Below are positions 34,979-48,437 of a stretch of DNA of 64,000 bases, in pieces. Numbering within the stretch: the first letter of the stretch is position 1; the number at the start of each line of letters is the position of its first letter. Source of the DNA: Chiloscyllium plagiosum (Eukaryota); the NCBI RefSeq assembly GCF_004010195.1, contig NC_057719.1, positions 63,510,602-63,574,601 of the forward strand. The letters are read 5' to 3'. Made by a program: the position numbers and the translations under genes. Below the pieces are notes generated by a model, which had not been told where the DNA came from, made no database searches, and worked only from the letters and a program-made list of their open reading frames with translations.

Positions 34979-37929
34979 TCACTGGAGTGGAGTCTCTCCT
35001 CCGGAAGGGCAGATGAGTTCAAAAAATCTAGAAATGAATTTAATAAGTTGGCTTCAACCACCATGCAATTTGATACTTAGGTCAAAATTTTGCAAGCTTC
35101 TCCTTGCCTCTTGGCATGATTCATCTGCTAATTTCAATAAACTCATTCTGTGGATTTTACACAACACCACTATTCCACAGTTTAATTAAATCTGGGAGAC
35201 CCTGAGAAAGACCTCATATGTTATTCAAGAAGCCAAATACTGGAATCAGAGTTCCTCCTTGACCCCCAGGCAATGTTTTATTGCGAGGTATTCAGAGCAA
35301 TGTATATTGGAGCAGTGCAGGAGAGGATAGCTGTGGCTAAATTTAAATGATGTGCTCTGGGTGTTCCTTTTTGGAAAAATAACTACACTGTAGCAATTAT
35401 GCAAATGATTTATTAACAATAGCAATATTTGTGTTTTCCTACTTTGGTTAATTTTGCAAACTACTAAGTAATTTCAATGGTAGCAAGTAAAGAAACTGTT
35501 TTGCTAGACAGAGCAATGCTGATCAAATGGAAGTTATCTTGAGAGGAAACAGTAAATAATCGTTTGAATTAGAGAATAATGTAGACGAAAGGGGAAGGGA
35601 TTAGTTTTGAATTGACAAAACTAAAAACCAATACAAACACAGTCACTTAAAAATCTGTGTGGTTTAATGGTACCTGTTTGCTACATATTCATCAGGTTTC
35701 TTCTGTTCAGTAATATGTAAAGCATTCAGTGTATTCTGATATAATTGATTTTCTTCTTTTATGAATCTAGTGTGCTATTGAATTTTGGCATATGCAAATT
35801 TAAAATCTACTGCAAACTTTGTGCTCTTGCATTCCAAAGTGTGAGGACCCTCCACTGAATGTGACATTTAGTTATATAAGAGGATTGTAAATTCTATTTT
35901 AGCTGATCATACAAAATAAGTAGCATTATTCCGAGATCCATTTTGCAACATTGACAAGAACAGGTTCATCCATGATCGTATCAAATGATGGAGAAGGCTT
36001 GAGGGGCTGAAATGCCTACTCCTGCTCCTAGTTCTAATGTTCTTATGTAAAAGAAAGGACTGATAAATTTCAGTAATAAAAGGTTAGCCAGAATTGCAGT
36101 TCATCTGACTGATTTTACTTGTAAGGTTTGATATAAATTCATAATAATTTGTGTTTTTCAAGGTATATGTTATTTTTGTTGACTAGTTTTAACAACATTG
36201 TTTGACCTGAAGCATAAACATGGTTCTCTTCGGTTAGAGCATATATTGCCTTCCATTCCTTGTGGTTGTCTTCAGACTGAAAGGGTTAGTAAGTTAAGTA
36301 TTACTGATGACATTTTCACAAATACAGCTAATGGTTAGCTTTTTCTCTTTAATATATCTCAAATAGTGGTAGAATATGCTTTTCATGAGACCAGTGAAAT
36401 ACTAATTCCTGGGATTTGACTTTGTACATAATTTAGTGGAATTTCCCACTCATGTTAGCTGGTTCCTGATTCCTTTGATTTGTTATGAAATACAGCAAGC
36501 AGAATGATTGACTTGAATTGCAGCAGAATGGGAAATTATAGAATGCTGGAATTAACAGAGTCTACAACAAAAGTGAGGATAAATGAATTAGATGCTTGTT
36601 TTTGGATTTCGTAATATATGATTGCTTCAGTGTTTTTTGGTACAAGGAAGAATAAAATATGAAGCCATTGTGATATATTCTATTTCACCCATGGGAACTG
36701 AATTCTAATATTAAAAATGGAACAGGTGTCAGTGTAGATATAGTGCTGTGGAATCAAAATCTAATTGCTGCAGTATACTGCTTGCATCACTATTACTTCA
36801 ATTCATTTGGATGTGGTTAGATCTGTGATACTTTTTGTACTCTATTGAAAAGTGTTATATCATGCAAGATATAATGGCTTGCCTTTTGTATCTCAACATT
36901 TTAGAAGCTTGGCCACAAAAGACTTGGACAGCAATAAAATAATGAGAATACGTTTAAACTACTGTGTTTGAGAAAATCTCTTGCATGTTGTTAGATGTGC
37001 AAAATGGCTGCTGTCTCATTTCTCAGTCATGCTGCCTTTTTATCCATTTTCTGACAGCCACCATCATCTATTTCACTCTCCCCCCCCTTCCCCAATCTTA
37101 TATTGCACCCATCTCTTGATATCCTTTACTTTCCTGCAATTTTTTTCTGTCTACTTGCTTCCTGATCTCATTTGTCAATGCTGTTCCCTTTAGTCTCCTG
37201 TCCCTCCACTAACCCATGCTTTTCTCCTTCCCAGCTGCTGCTAATCTCAACTGAGCCTTTCTTCACTAAATTAACTGTGGCATTCAGTCTCATCTGCACT
37301 CTAGCCATTCACCAAACTTCATCATCGTCCAAGGGCTCTACCCAATCAGGAATATTTATGGCAATTATTCTTTCATGCAATCTATTCATTCATCAACCAC
37401 AATCCCATTCCATCCACACCAAATAAATCATGGAATGGTATACATGAAAGGAGGCTATTCAGCCTGCCATATCTGTACTGGCTATCTGCAAGAGCAAATT
37501 ACATTTACTTATACTCACCTGTCTTTTCTCCATAGCCCTTCAAATATTTCCTCTTCAGATTCTATTCTGTTTTGACAGCTGTGGTTGAATTTGCTTTTAC
37601 CCCATACTCTTGGGCAGTATCTCGAGAGTATTGCATTAAACCGTTTTCCCCCGTGTAACTATTGCTTCTTTGTCTGTCACCTTAACTCTTGTATCTCCAG
37701 TTCTCAACCTTGAAACCAATGAGAACAACCTTTCTCTATTGACTCTGACCAGACTCCTCCTCAGTTTTCGACACAATTATTTTCTTGTCACTTTAGTACC
37801 ATCCTCCAATTTGTTTTTTTATTTCTGTGATATGACTTGGAGTATATTTACAACACTTTATGCTTTTTAAATTATTTTCCTTGCCTTTGATCTTCCTTCA
37901 ATCTGTTCTGCTGAGTATTTTCATAATCT

Positions 37930-39167
37930 TAGAACATAGAACAATACAGCACAGAACAGGCCCTTCGGCCCACGATGTTGTGCCGAACATTTGTCCTAGC
38001 TTAAGCACCCATCCATGTACCTATCCAATTGCCGCTTAAAGGTCACCAAAGATTCTGACTCTACCACTCCCACAGGCAGCGCATTCCATGCCCTCACCAC
38101 TGTCTGGGTAAAGAACCCACTCCTGACATCTCCCCTATACCTTCCACCCTTCACCTTAAATTTATGTCCCCTTGTAACACTCTGTTGCACCCGGGGAAAA
38201 AGTTTCTGACTGTCTACTCTATCTATTCCTTTGATCATCCTATAAACCTCTATCAAGTCACCCCTCATCCTTCACCGTTCCAACGAGAAAAGGCAACTGT
38301 GGCCTAACCAAAGTCCTGTACAGCTGCAACATCACTTCACGACTCTTGAGTTCAATCCCTCTGCTAATGAACGATAATACTTCATAGGCCTTCTTACAAA
38401 CTCTATCCACCTGAGTGGCAACCTTCAAAGATCTATGTACATAGACCCCAAGATCCCTCTGTTCCTCCACCTGACTAAGAACCCTACCATTAACCCTGTA
38501 TTCCGCATTCTTATTTGTTCTTCCAACCTCACACTTGGCAGGGTTGAACTCCATCTGCCACTCCTCAGCCCAGCTCTGCATCATATCTAAGTCCCTCTGC
38601 AGCCGACAACAGCCCTCCTCACTGTCCACAACTCCACCTATCTTCGTATCATCTGCAAATTTACTGACCCACCCTTCGACTCCCTCGTCCAAGTCATTAA
38701 TAAAAATTACGAACAGCAGAGGACCCAGAACTGATCCCTGCGGAGCTCCACTTGTAACTGGGCTCCAGGCTGAATATTTACCATCTACTACCACTCTCTG
38801 CCTTCGACCGGTTAGCCGGTTTTCTATCCAATTGGCCAAATTTCCCTCTATTCCATGCCTCCTGACTTTCCGCATAAGCCTACCATGGGGAACCTTATCA
38901 AATGCCTTACTAAAATCCATGTATACTACATCCACTGCTCTACCCTCATCCACATGCTTGGTCACCTCCTCAAAGAATTCAATAAGACTTGTAAGGCAAG
39001 ACCTACCCTTCACAACTCCGTGCTGGCTGTCCCTAATCAAGTAGTGTCTTTCCAGATACTCATAAATCCTATCCCTCAGTACCCTTTCCATTACTTTGCC
39101 TACCATCGAAGTAAGACTAACTGGCCTATAATTCCCGGGGTTATCCCTATTCCCTTTTTTGAACAGG
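37930..39167 (-). mobile_element. Young CR1 LINE with RT core and an internal deletion
   Basis: ORF 38258-39106 has 'SQHG..KGRSCLT', 'YMDFSKAFDKVPH', 'GAPQGSVLGPLLF' and 'KFADDTK'. ORF 37996-38268 is the C-terminus. (TAGAACA)n tail. The 'HLEY...LERVQ...Y.ERL' block is missing at about 38295. Confidence 0.96.
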
Positions 39168-39257
39168 ACACACTTTCCCTTTTCCCCATCCTACCTGATT
39201 CCAGGTCTGTAGGAATCAGAGGGACAAGAGTGGGTTATTTGAGTCCTTCAGTATGAT

Positions 39258-39475
39258 TGATAGCTCAACAGACTGGACAGCTTCGTTGTGATACGCAGTG
39301 ATACCAACAACATGGGTTCAATTCTTGCACTAGCTGAGCTTACCTCCTTAATCTTGCCCCTCACCTGAGGTTTGGTGACCCACCACTAGTCATAGCTCTG
39401 TCTCTGTCTCTCTCTCTCTCTCCAATGGGAGAACAGCCTGATGGTCAGATAGGACTATGCTGACTTTACTTTTCA
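39258..39475 (+). mobile_element. tRNA-derived SINE (third family)
   Basis: A-box-like TAGCTCAAC and B-box-like GGGTTCAATTC. An antisense homolog lies at 46480-46700. Confidence 0.65.
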
Positions 39476-40116
39476 CCTAGCTTACCTGCACCTGAATTCT
39501 ATTCACTTATTTTAGTTATATATTCATTGATGCCATTAACTAACTGAAATGTTGATCTGAGTCTGGAATATTTGATCAGACATGCATTCCTTTTTGGGGA
39601 ATGAATTTCATGTTTCACATACCTTTTGTTTGAAAAAGTGCTTCTTAATTTCACCTTTAAACTAGCTGACCTCCACTTTTAAAGTTGTGGACTTCCCCGA
39701 ATAGAGAAAATGTATTTGCCTTATCAAATCACTACACTATAGAAATAGAAGTTACTACTTTGCATGATGGCAACACTTTCAATTTCATATTTAACATGGT
39801 CAGAGAATTATCATTGAGGCAGTTGCCTTTGATAGCTTGAGTATGATTATGAGAAGAGTATAGTTCAGAAAACATGGGGGCAAAACAAGGTTGATAAAGT
39901 GCTTGTTTACCTTACTCACTTTCCTTTGCCTATGTGTTTTTCTGCTCTTTTACGTTAAATATACATTTTCATAACTACTTCCATCTCTTATTTGAAACTA
40001 AAATCTCATTCCATTGCTTTAAATTCCAGATTGACTTCCAAATAAATTAAGCTAGTATTGATGCCATATTGCAGGTGGTACTGAAATTGTACTAAGCAGA
40101 GTGTTGGTTGAATGAG

Positions 40117-40341
40117 TTGAAACTTTATTGCTGGAACAGCACAGCAGGTCAGGCAGCATCCAGGGAACAGGAGATTCGACGTTTCGGGCACAGGCCCTTC
40201 TTCAGGAATGATTCCTGAAGAAGGGCCTGTGCCCGAAACGTCGAATCTCCTGTTCCCTGGATGCTGCCTGACCTGCTGTGCTGTTCCAGCAATAAAGTTT
40301 CAACTTTGATCTCCAGCATCTGCAGACCTCACTTTCTCCTC
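40117..40341 (+). mobile_element. Penelope-like insertion: pLTR preceded by its inverted partial copy, with a 15-bp TSD
   Basis: TSD TGTTGGTTGAATGAG at 40102-40116 and 40342-40356. Perfect inverted arms at 40115-40209 and 40211-40305. Confidence 0.92.
40210..40247 (+). ncRNA. Minimal hammerhead ribozyme (best-formed copy, mirrored on the minus strand at 40178-40205)
   Basis: Stem I GAUUC (40210-40214)/GAAUC (40243-40247), CUGAAGA-A, stem II GGGC-CUGU-GCCC, GAAA-C-GUC. Confidence 0.7.
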
Positions 40342-43300
40342 TGTTGGTTGAATGAGGGAAAACTGTATTTTTCTGCAAATTTATGACGCCAGTTTCTTGG
40401 ACCTCAGTTATTTACAATGAATTATATGCATTATAAATTTATCGATTGTCTAATAAGATGTTTTGGAAAGTTGAGCATAATTTGGCACTGGTATTTTTGG
40501 GTTGACCTTCTAAATTTTGTGAGCATAAATAATTTAAGACCCTATCTCAGAGCAAATTTTGAGCTTTGTAATTTGACTTGGTCAGACCAAAATAGAGCTG
40601 TGAACGTTTTATTCTTTGTCTGGTTTTTGTTTAAGGAGTAATTTTTTTCTGTTTCTCTAGAATACAAAAAGCAATGACATGATGGGTATTATGCAATATA
40701 TAATAGAACCGAGGAAGCAACTCCATTTCACTATCTCTCACACTCTGTAAACAGCAATAAAATTACAAAGATTTCTCATTACCTGTATTGTAGAAAAATG
40801 CAAAGCCACAACTCAGAAATGGAAGCAGTTGAATCAAGATTTATAGTTTGGGTTTGAGATTATATTTGTTGTTTGTGCACTGGATTGAACAAGTCAGTAA
40901 ATGATTGAATTATAACAGAAATTGGTTAGCATAACATGAAGTTTGTGCCACAAACATTTTGCATAACATACTTGGCAGAAGCTCAAAAGATATAATACTT
41001 ATTAACGAGTAGTGCATTTTGAAGAAAAATCATATTTAACTTGAAACCTTACGATTATTTTCACTTGTACAGATGATGCCAGGCTCACTGAGCTGCTCCA
41101 GCACTTTCTGTTTTTAGTTTAGATTTCCAGCATCCTCAACTATTTTGCTTTTTTACACATACTAATGATTTGATTTAATTACATTTCTGGAATAGATCTT
41201 TTTGTTTTACAATGTTTAGAATTAGTAACTTTACTTTCTTGGGGTATTCATCAGTACGATCTAAAACAAAACAGCAAGAATTTAAATGAGTATCTGAATA
41301 TTATCACTGTCTAAATTTAAACTTTCAAATGTAACGTATTTTCAACAGAAATTAGTTGACATGTGGAAGAATTTGATTATTTTTGATTTTTTTTGTTATC
41401 TTTCTGAATAACAATCACCGACTATTTTTCTCTGATCACTTCTCAAAATGGGCATTACATCAAACCATATCAAAAATATTTTCTTTTTCAATCATCTTTT
41501 AAATTGTATGATGATGTACAATATTAAATATCTAAAACTACTAATATTAACTCAATTCTGGACAATCTGGTCACATTCACAATTAATTTTCATTTATATT
41601 TGAAACAAATGATCAACTACGACAAACATGTCCAAGAAATTGTAGATGACAATTATGTTTCATCCAAATGAGCTTTTTATCAGTGTCTGGACGTAACAGA
41701 AATCATTAGTACTTATTACATAATTTTACTGATCGGTTTCAAATATTTTATCCAAACTGTGAATCACAATAGCAGAAAGAAGAAATTCATTTTGCCCTGG
41801 CTAGACTGCTAAGAGAAATTATTGTTAACCCATTCAGTGACACATCTAATCTTTCCATGTGTACATGTTCAAGTTATCAAACATATGCTAAAATAAGCAA
41901 AACATTTCCATTTTCATTGGCTTTCTTGCTGGTCACTGATCGCACAATTTGAGCTGTCCCATGTGGAGCCATAGTAACTTGGGAGATTTTACTGGAAGAC
42001 AGTTTAGAAACTGGATCTCTGATCCTCCCCAATTAAAAACATTAAAATGCTGCAAAACCTCCCAAGTCTGAAGAAATTATTAGCTAAAAATCAAAGACAA
42101 AGAAAAATGGTTCCATCTAGAAAACTTTTGTGCACACCTGAGGAAGATAGCAAAGGAATTCAAGAGGTGATTTAAGGAATTGTGTGTATTGGGACAAATC
42201 GTCATGTTTGTCTTAAATTCATTCTTTCAAGCACACATTGGGACCTTGACTAGCAAATTCCATCAGGTGTTTGATTTAAAAAATTATTTCCATTTATTAT
42301 GGAAATAATTAGTCAACATAATGATGTTGATCTGAAAATTAGATGTTGATTTTGGGGATTTGTAAATTAAAAATAAGTACCCAGTCCTATTATCCTGTGC
42401 TTTTAAAGTAATTACTTCCTTTGACTCCACGTTCCTCCAAGAGACAAAGTTCTCCCAAATGAAAACAGTCAAGAAGATAGTATTTGATGGACTGTATATG
42501 ACTAGTAGTTTCAAACTACAGCTAAGACTTCAGGCTAGCAAATAATATGCAGTCACAGCTAATACTTGGCGAGTAGAGGACAAAATGAAAAGTTAGATGT
42601 ACTTGGCTTTATATTTTTATAGCACTAAAAGTAATGGTGAATGTTTATTCTATATTTTCATTAAGGTAAATCTTGGGTTGCACTTAAATATGAAAATATG
42701 AAAAGTTGGCCTATCTCAAGATGAGGCCAACAAGAGGTGAGGCCATACTGGATTTGGTTCTGGGTAACGAACCAGGCCAGGTGCTTACAAAGACATCAGC
42801 TTAGTTGATTGTGCATCTGTTATTGCTGAGCCATTGAGTATGCACTTAGACTTGGGTAAACAAAAATACATATTTTTCATGAACCTTGCACTGAATACAT
42901 TAATTGACCATAAAATCTAAAAGGGTTGAAACCAAGCTGCTAAATAACAAAAGGTTTAATTGTCATCACACTTAGCAACTCTTCAGCATATTGACATGGA
43001 CATGATGTATGAAAGGTTAACAGGTTAGATATAGCCCTTTCGAAAAGCTGTTAGATGAAATTTGAGAAAACTTTCATCTGATTCAGTGAAACAAAGATAG
43101 AAAGACAAAAGACTATGTTGTGGTTAAGGTTTTGAATACGCTAATTACATAAGCGATGTGATAAGTTTAAAATAGAAACATTGTGTGAGAAATTCTAGTT
43201 TGCAACATAGTGCTTTACATCATATTTTTGGAAAGCAAGTTTCAATTCAGTGAAGTATTCTCTGTTCTATGTTGTAAAGTGATTTGTATTTAAATTAGTG

Positions 43301-43518
43301 TAATCAGTCTTCAAACATTTTGATGAGACATGGGAGTTGTGACACTTTCTTACTATGTGCAGTTTGAAAATTAACTGGAGAACGAAGCGGGTGTTTTCAG
43401 AACAAATTAAAGATTTGTATTTGTTCTGCCCGCTTTGCCTACATAAAATGTAACAGATGTTACTAAAGCAGTGGTTTGATTTGTAGATGGCAGACAGATG
43501 CATACTTTAAAGTACGTT

Positions 43519-43827
43519 TTAGATTAGATTACATTAGATTAGATTACATTACAGTGTGGAAACAGGCCCTTCGGCCCAACAAGTCCAAACCAACCCGCCG
43601 AAGCGTAACCCACCCATACCCCTACATTTACCCCTTACCTAACACTACAGGCAATTTAGCATGGCCAATTCACCTGACCTGCACATCTTTGGACGGTGGA
43701 GCACCCAGAGGAAACCCACGCAGACACGGGGAGAACGTGCAAACTCCACACAGTCAGTCGCCTGAGGCGGGAATTGAACCCGGGTCTCAGGCGCTGTGAG
43801 GCAGCAGTGCTAACCACTATGCCACCC
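43519..43827 (-). mobile_element. HE1-type tRNA-derived SINE, near full length
   Basis: The minus strand reads GGTGGCATAGTGGTTAGCACTGCTGCCTCACAGCGCC...GGGTTCAATTCCC and ends in a CR1-like tail with (AATCT)n. Confidence 0.9.
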
Positions 43828-45659
43828 ACTAATTTGATTTGGTATTTCACTATATTTGTGTGAGGCATTGCAATACAAGGTTTACATTATTACAGAATTT
43901 CAAAGTATTCAAAGATGAAATTGTTCAAGCTAACATTATCATTTTACTGTGGGAGTATGATGTTTGCAGCCTTATGAGTTGATTGTCATGCAATGCCTAG
44001 CCAAAGAATGCAAAATGATTAATGCCAGTTAAAATTGATTTATAAAAGGTTTTTTGTAGGTGTTCAAGTACTTGGGAGTCTTGTGCATTTGTATAAATTT
44101 TAAGCAGGAATCTGGTTAATTTATAAATGCACCACTTGGCTTCTTGCCACTTTTACAGAGAGGTCCTGCTGTAATTCAGTATCTGCGAACAGCTTTTTCT
44201 TGTTCAAAACAATTTTTTGACTGTGATTATCTTTTTAAAAATTATCTATTGCCACTGATAATATAGATTTCCATTTTAACCATGTATATAAACTAATTGG
44301 TGTCAAGGGAGTGACACTGTACAGCGATTGGCCACAAATTATTTTGTTTTGCAGAGGTCTGCAGACTGATCAAACTTCTCAATTCTTTTGAGTATTTTGA
44401 TAAAATAGTTTAATGGATCTCAAGATAAATGTATCACTGAATTGATGCTAAGAAATTGCATTTGTGCAGATTTTTTAAAGGAATTACTTGAAGTTCCCAC
44501 AATTGTTCCTTGATGAATAAATGAGATTGGATTGCTGACTTTTGGATATCTTCCCAAGTTAAGTCACCAAACATTCAATGAGCACAGCCACTGAACTAGA
44601 AGGTGCCACTTCTCTTGCCTGGTACTATTCCTTGATTTTTTTGTGCTGTGCAGTTTATTCACAAAAGTATTTTCCAGTTGGCGCAGTACTCTCTGTGGTA
44701 GAGTGCTTTACACTTAATGAGTTTGGACTCGAAAGAGTTTGGACTGGCATTTGGTTTTACATCATACTGGCCCTTACATGGGATGTCCTGCCATTGTATT
44801 GCAGCTAAATTTTCAGTGAAATAAAAAGAGACCCTGGTAGTGAAGAAAAATCAGTTTGTAGACCAACCTGACCAAAAGATAAGGCAATTGATGGAAAACA
44901 ACTTATGAAAATATTTAGTTAATTGTCATTGAAATATTAAATATCGAAGGGCAACTTCAATAGAAATTGTTGGTATATGGAGGAATATGGCAGTGTAATG
45001 ATGAATCACATAAACATTGAGACTGAGATTTGATTTTAAATGGATACTATCACACTTTTAATGAGAGCTTTATTTCAGTTGGTCACATTCCAAAGTACAC
45101 TCATTAATATATTACAATTCCTCATATTTATGCAATTGATTATCCCCGATTGTCCCTTTACTAATATATCTGTCACTTGTTCCTTGTTCTTTAGGTCTTG
45201 GACATCCCTCCAGACCATACTTAATAACAGTGACATGCATGGTACAAAAGCTAATAGTAAATTTGGAAGGTTTAGCTAACCACTTAAGTATTGAATCTGA
45301 AAGTATGTGAGAATTTGTGAAATTCTACTTTAGCCAGTTGCACACCACAGCTACCTAAACTGATTGATTGATTAATATAGAGATTCAAGATTGCTGGTCT
45401 TTTTTTCATCAAATTAGATTACACTGCAGTCTGAAAATTATATTTAGTGTGGATGAGTTTCTGTATCCGATATTACATTAGATATTAGATAATTTCTTTG
45501 TTGACAGCTTATCTTAGCATGTGGCAAAGTTAGCCCTAGTCTCTCATAATCAATGGAGTTGGAAAGCAGTACTGTAATTGCACGTGACATTTTTTGGCAA
45601 TCAGGAAATATATTGACTCTGGTTGCAATGTATTACTGCTATAAAGCATAAAGGTGAAG

Positions 45660-46012
45660 ATGGCGTTGAAGTGATAATGTCATTTAGTAATCCAGAGACC
45701 CAGGCTATTTATCTGGGTACACAGGTTCAAATCCCACCAGAACAGCTGGTGGACTTTAAAATCAATTAATAAATATGGACCAAAAAGCTCACCTCAATAA
45801 TGGTAACCATTCCAACTATCACTGATTGTCATAAAAGTCCATCTAGTTCACTAATGACCTCGAGAGAAGGAAATCTTGCCATCTTTACCATGCCTGGCTT
45901 ACGTGTGACGCTAGGCCCACAGCAATAATGGTGAACTTTTAACTGCCCTCTGAAATAGCCAAGCAAAATACTCAGTTCAATCACAAACAGAGATGGATAG
46001 TAAATGTTGGCA
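45660..46012 (+). mobile_element. tRNA-derived SINE (second family): head and body plus LINE 3' tail
   Basis: B-box-like GGTTCAAATCCC near 45724. Body is shared with 16800-17077 and the tail 'gatggatagtaaatgttggc' is shared with 34920-34940. Confidence 0.75.
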
Positions 46013-46479
46013 GAAGTGATTCTGAAACTCAGTTTTTTTCCTTCATTATTCCTTTCAAAGCAGTATTTGGAGAGTGCCTATCTGTAGCTAAATGCCAACA
46101 TCCAGGATTTTAAAACCAATTAATTCATGTAAATGAGTAGCACTGACTAGGCCAACACTTATTACCCATTCCTGGTTACACTAAGAGTCATAGAGTCATA
46201 CAGCATGGAAACACATCCTTCAGTTCATTCACTCGATGCTAAACATATTCCCAAACTAAACTAGTCTCGCCTGCCTGCTCCTGGCCCATATCCCTTCAAA
46301 TCTTTCCGATTCATGTACTTATCCAAATGTCTTTTAAACATTGTAATTGTACCCACATTCACCACTTACTCAGGACGAACCATCTTCTGTGTAAAAAATT
46401 TGCCCCTCATGTTTTTTTTTAAATCTGTCTCCTCTCACCTTAAAAAAAAGTGCCCCCCGCCTTGAAATCCCCATCCTGT

Positions 46480-46700
46480 GGTTGTGTCACCTTAGTCTTA
46501 CAGATCATAGGGGCTACTGTCTTATCAGAGAGAAGGGACTGGTGGTGATTTAACCTGAGGGTCACCAGACTTCAGGTGAGGGAAGAGGTTGAGAAGAAGA
46601 GTCCTTCATGGTAACAAACCGGTGATGGGAATTGAACCCACATTGTTGGCATCATACTGCTCTGTAAACTGATAATCCAGCCAATTGAACTAAACCAATT
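46480..46700 (-). mobile_element. tRNA-derived SINE (same family as 39258-39475)
   Basis: Antisense B box GGGAATTGAACCC near 46627 and shared 'cctgagggtcacca...caggtgaggg' body. Confidence 0.65.
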
Positions 46701-46735
46701 CCCGAAAGCCAACTACCATGAACTCAATCTATACA

Positions 46736-47069
46736 GGCACGGTAGCTCAGTGGTTAGCACTGGCTGCCTCACAGCACCAAGGATCCGGGTTTAATTCCAC
46801 CCTCTGGCTCCGTCTGTGAGGAGTTTGCACTTTCTTAACGTGTCAGCGTGGGTTTCTTCTGGGTGCTCCAGTTTCCTTCGGCAGTCCAACAATATGCGTG
46901 TTAGGTGGCATGGCCATGCTAAGTTGCCCGTAGTGTCCAGGATATGCAGGGTAGGTGGATTAGCTATGGGAAATGTAGGGTTACACTGATAGGATGGGGG
47001 GGGAGAGACTAGATGGTGTGGACACGATGGGCTAAATGGCCTGCTTCCACACTGTAGAGATTCTGTGAT
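46736..47069 (+). mobile_element. HE1-type SINE
   Basis: GGCACGGTAGCTCAGTGGTTAGCACT head, 'gtgaggagtttgcac...gcgtgggtttc' core and CR1-like tail. Confidence 0.88.
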
Positions 47070-47394
47070 AATACCCCTCATTACTTTAAAAACTTCTACA
47101 AGGTTGCTTTTCAATCTCCTATGCTCCAGTGAAAAAAGTTCCAGCCTATCCAGCTTTTCTTTATAACTCAAACCTTCCATACCTGACAACATCCTGGAAA
47201 AGGACTTCTGAACTCTCTCCACTGTAATAATATCCTTCTATAACAGGGTGACCGTAACTGGACACAGTATTTCAGAAGAGGCCTCACAAATGTCCTATAC
47301 TCCCTCAACATGACTTCCCAACTCCTTTACTTAAAGAACTTAGCAATGGAGGCAAATGTCTGTTTAATCACATCTATATACGATGCAAACTTGA

Positions 47395-47938
47395 GTATGT
47401 GCTTTGCATTTGAGCAGGCAGGGAAAGAGTTAAATTTTGGGTTTTGTGAAACAAAAGGTTCAGCTGAGCATGATTCAGATCAATAAGAACTTGCAGTTAA
47501 CAATAGGGTGCTGCAGGCAAGAGTAATGGGTTAACAAGGTGGAAAAGCATTTGTTATGTAGAGCCATTTAACAGTATTGGAAGCATTCAGTATGTAAGGT
47601 CAGTTAACAAGGTGAAAAGTATTCATTATGTGAAGCCAGTTAAGGTTAAGAACATTCGTTGTGTAACAGTACATGGTTTAATCTTTACTGTTGATGCTTA
47701 CTGATTGTAATAGTCACCCAATCAATATGTGTATTGCCTTATCTGGATGCCTCTCCCTGTAAAATGATTATATCATTCATTAAGGAACTGCTATTCCAGA
47801 GAAGACCAAGAACTCATTTATCTGAGCACATGGGTAATCATTCTCTCTCCGTCCAGGGCCTAGAATAAAGATGAAGGAGATAAGACTACTCTGTGTCTCT
47901 GAGCATTTTGCTCCAACTGAGGGGGAACAGATGACAAT
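47395..47938 (+). mobile_element. LTR-like insertion (544 bp) with an 8-bp target duplication
   Basis: AAACTTGA at 47387-47394 and 47939-47946. About 36-bp tandem repeats at 47531-47680, CCAAT near 47718 and AATAAA at 47864-47869. Confidence 0.65.
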
Positions 47939-48437
47939 AAACTTGAAAGAATTTTGTACCTGAACCTAGTTCCCTCTTCTCTACAACACCACCCAAGGGT
48001 CTACTATGAATTGCATAAACCCTACCCTTGCTTGTTGTACCAAAATGAAAATAGTCATGCACTGTGTTCTTAAATTGCTGGATTCCTTGTGGGTGTAAGT
48101 ACACCCATTATTCTGTTAGAGAGTTCTAGCAATTTGATACAATGGCAGTGAAGACAGTAATAATGTTCCAACTCAGAATGATATGTTGCTTAGAGAGGAT
48201 CTTGCTGGAGATGGTATTCCAAAGTATCTGCTGCCCTTGTCTTTCTTGGTGGTAGAGGTTGTGGGTTTTACAGGTGCTTTTGAACAAACATTAGGAAATT
48301 ATACAGATCAATTTGTAGATGGTACACACTGCTGTGAGTGTATATTGATGGGGCACCAATCAAGAGGGTGCCTTTGTCCTAGATGGTTTCAAACATGGTG
48401 AGTGTTCTTCAACATCTTGGTTGACAATCCAGTGAGG

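Larger units (their letters stand above)
46185..48060 (-). mobile_element. CR1 3' fragment hosting three nested insertions
   Basis: (AGAGTCAT)n tail at 46185-46200. 'ERVQKSFSRMLSGMEGLSYKEKLDRLELFSLEHRRL' near 47100-47222. CR1 sequence resumes after 47939. Confidence 0.85.

Noticed and set aside
38535-39044. Long ORFs such as 38535-39044 (+), 20029-20547 (-), 21341-21931 (+) and 2327-2542 (+) as host genes
   Set aside because: They are antisense shadows of CR1 ORF2 fragments.
47531-47680. Roughly 36-bp periodic repeats as a CRISPR-like array
   Set aside because: They are degenerate tandem units without unique spacers, inside an LTR-like element in vertebrate DNA.
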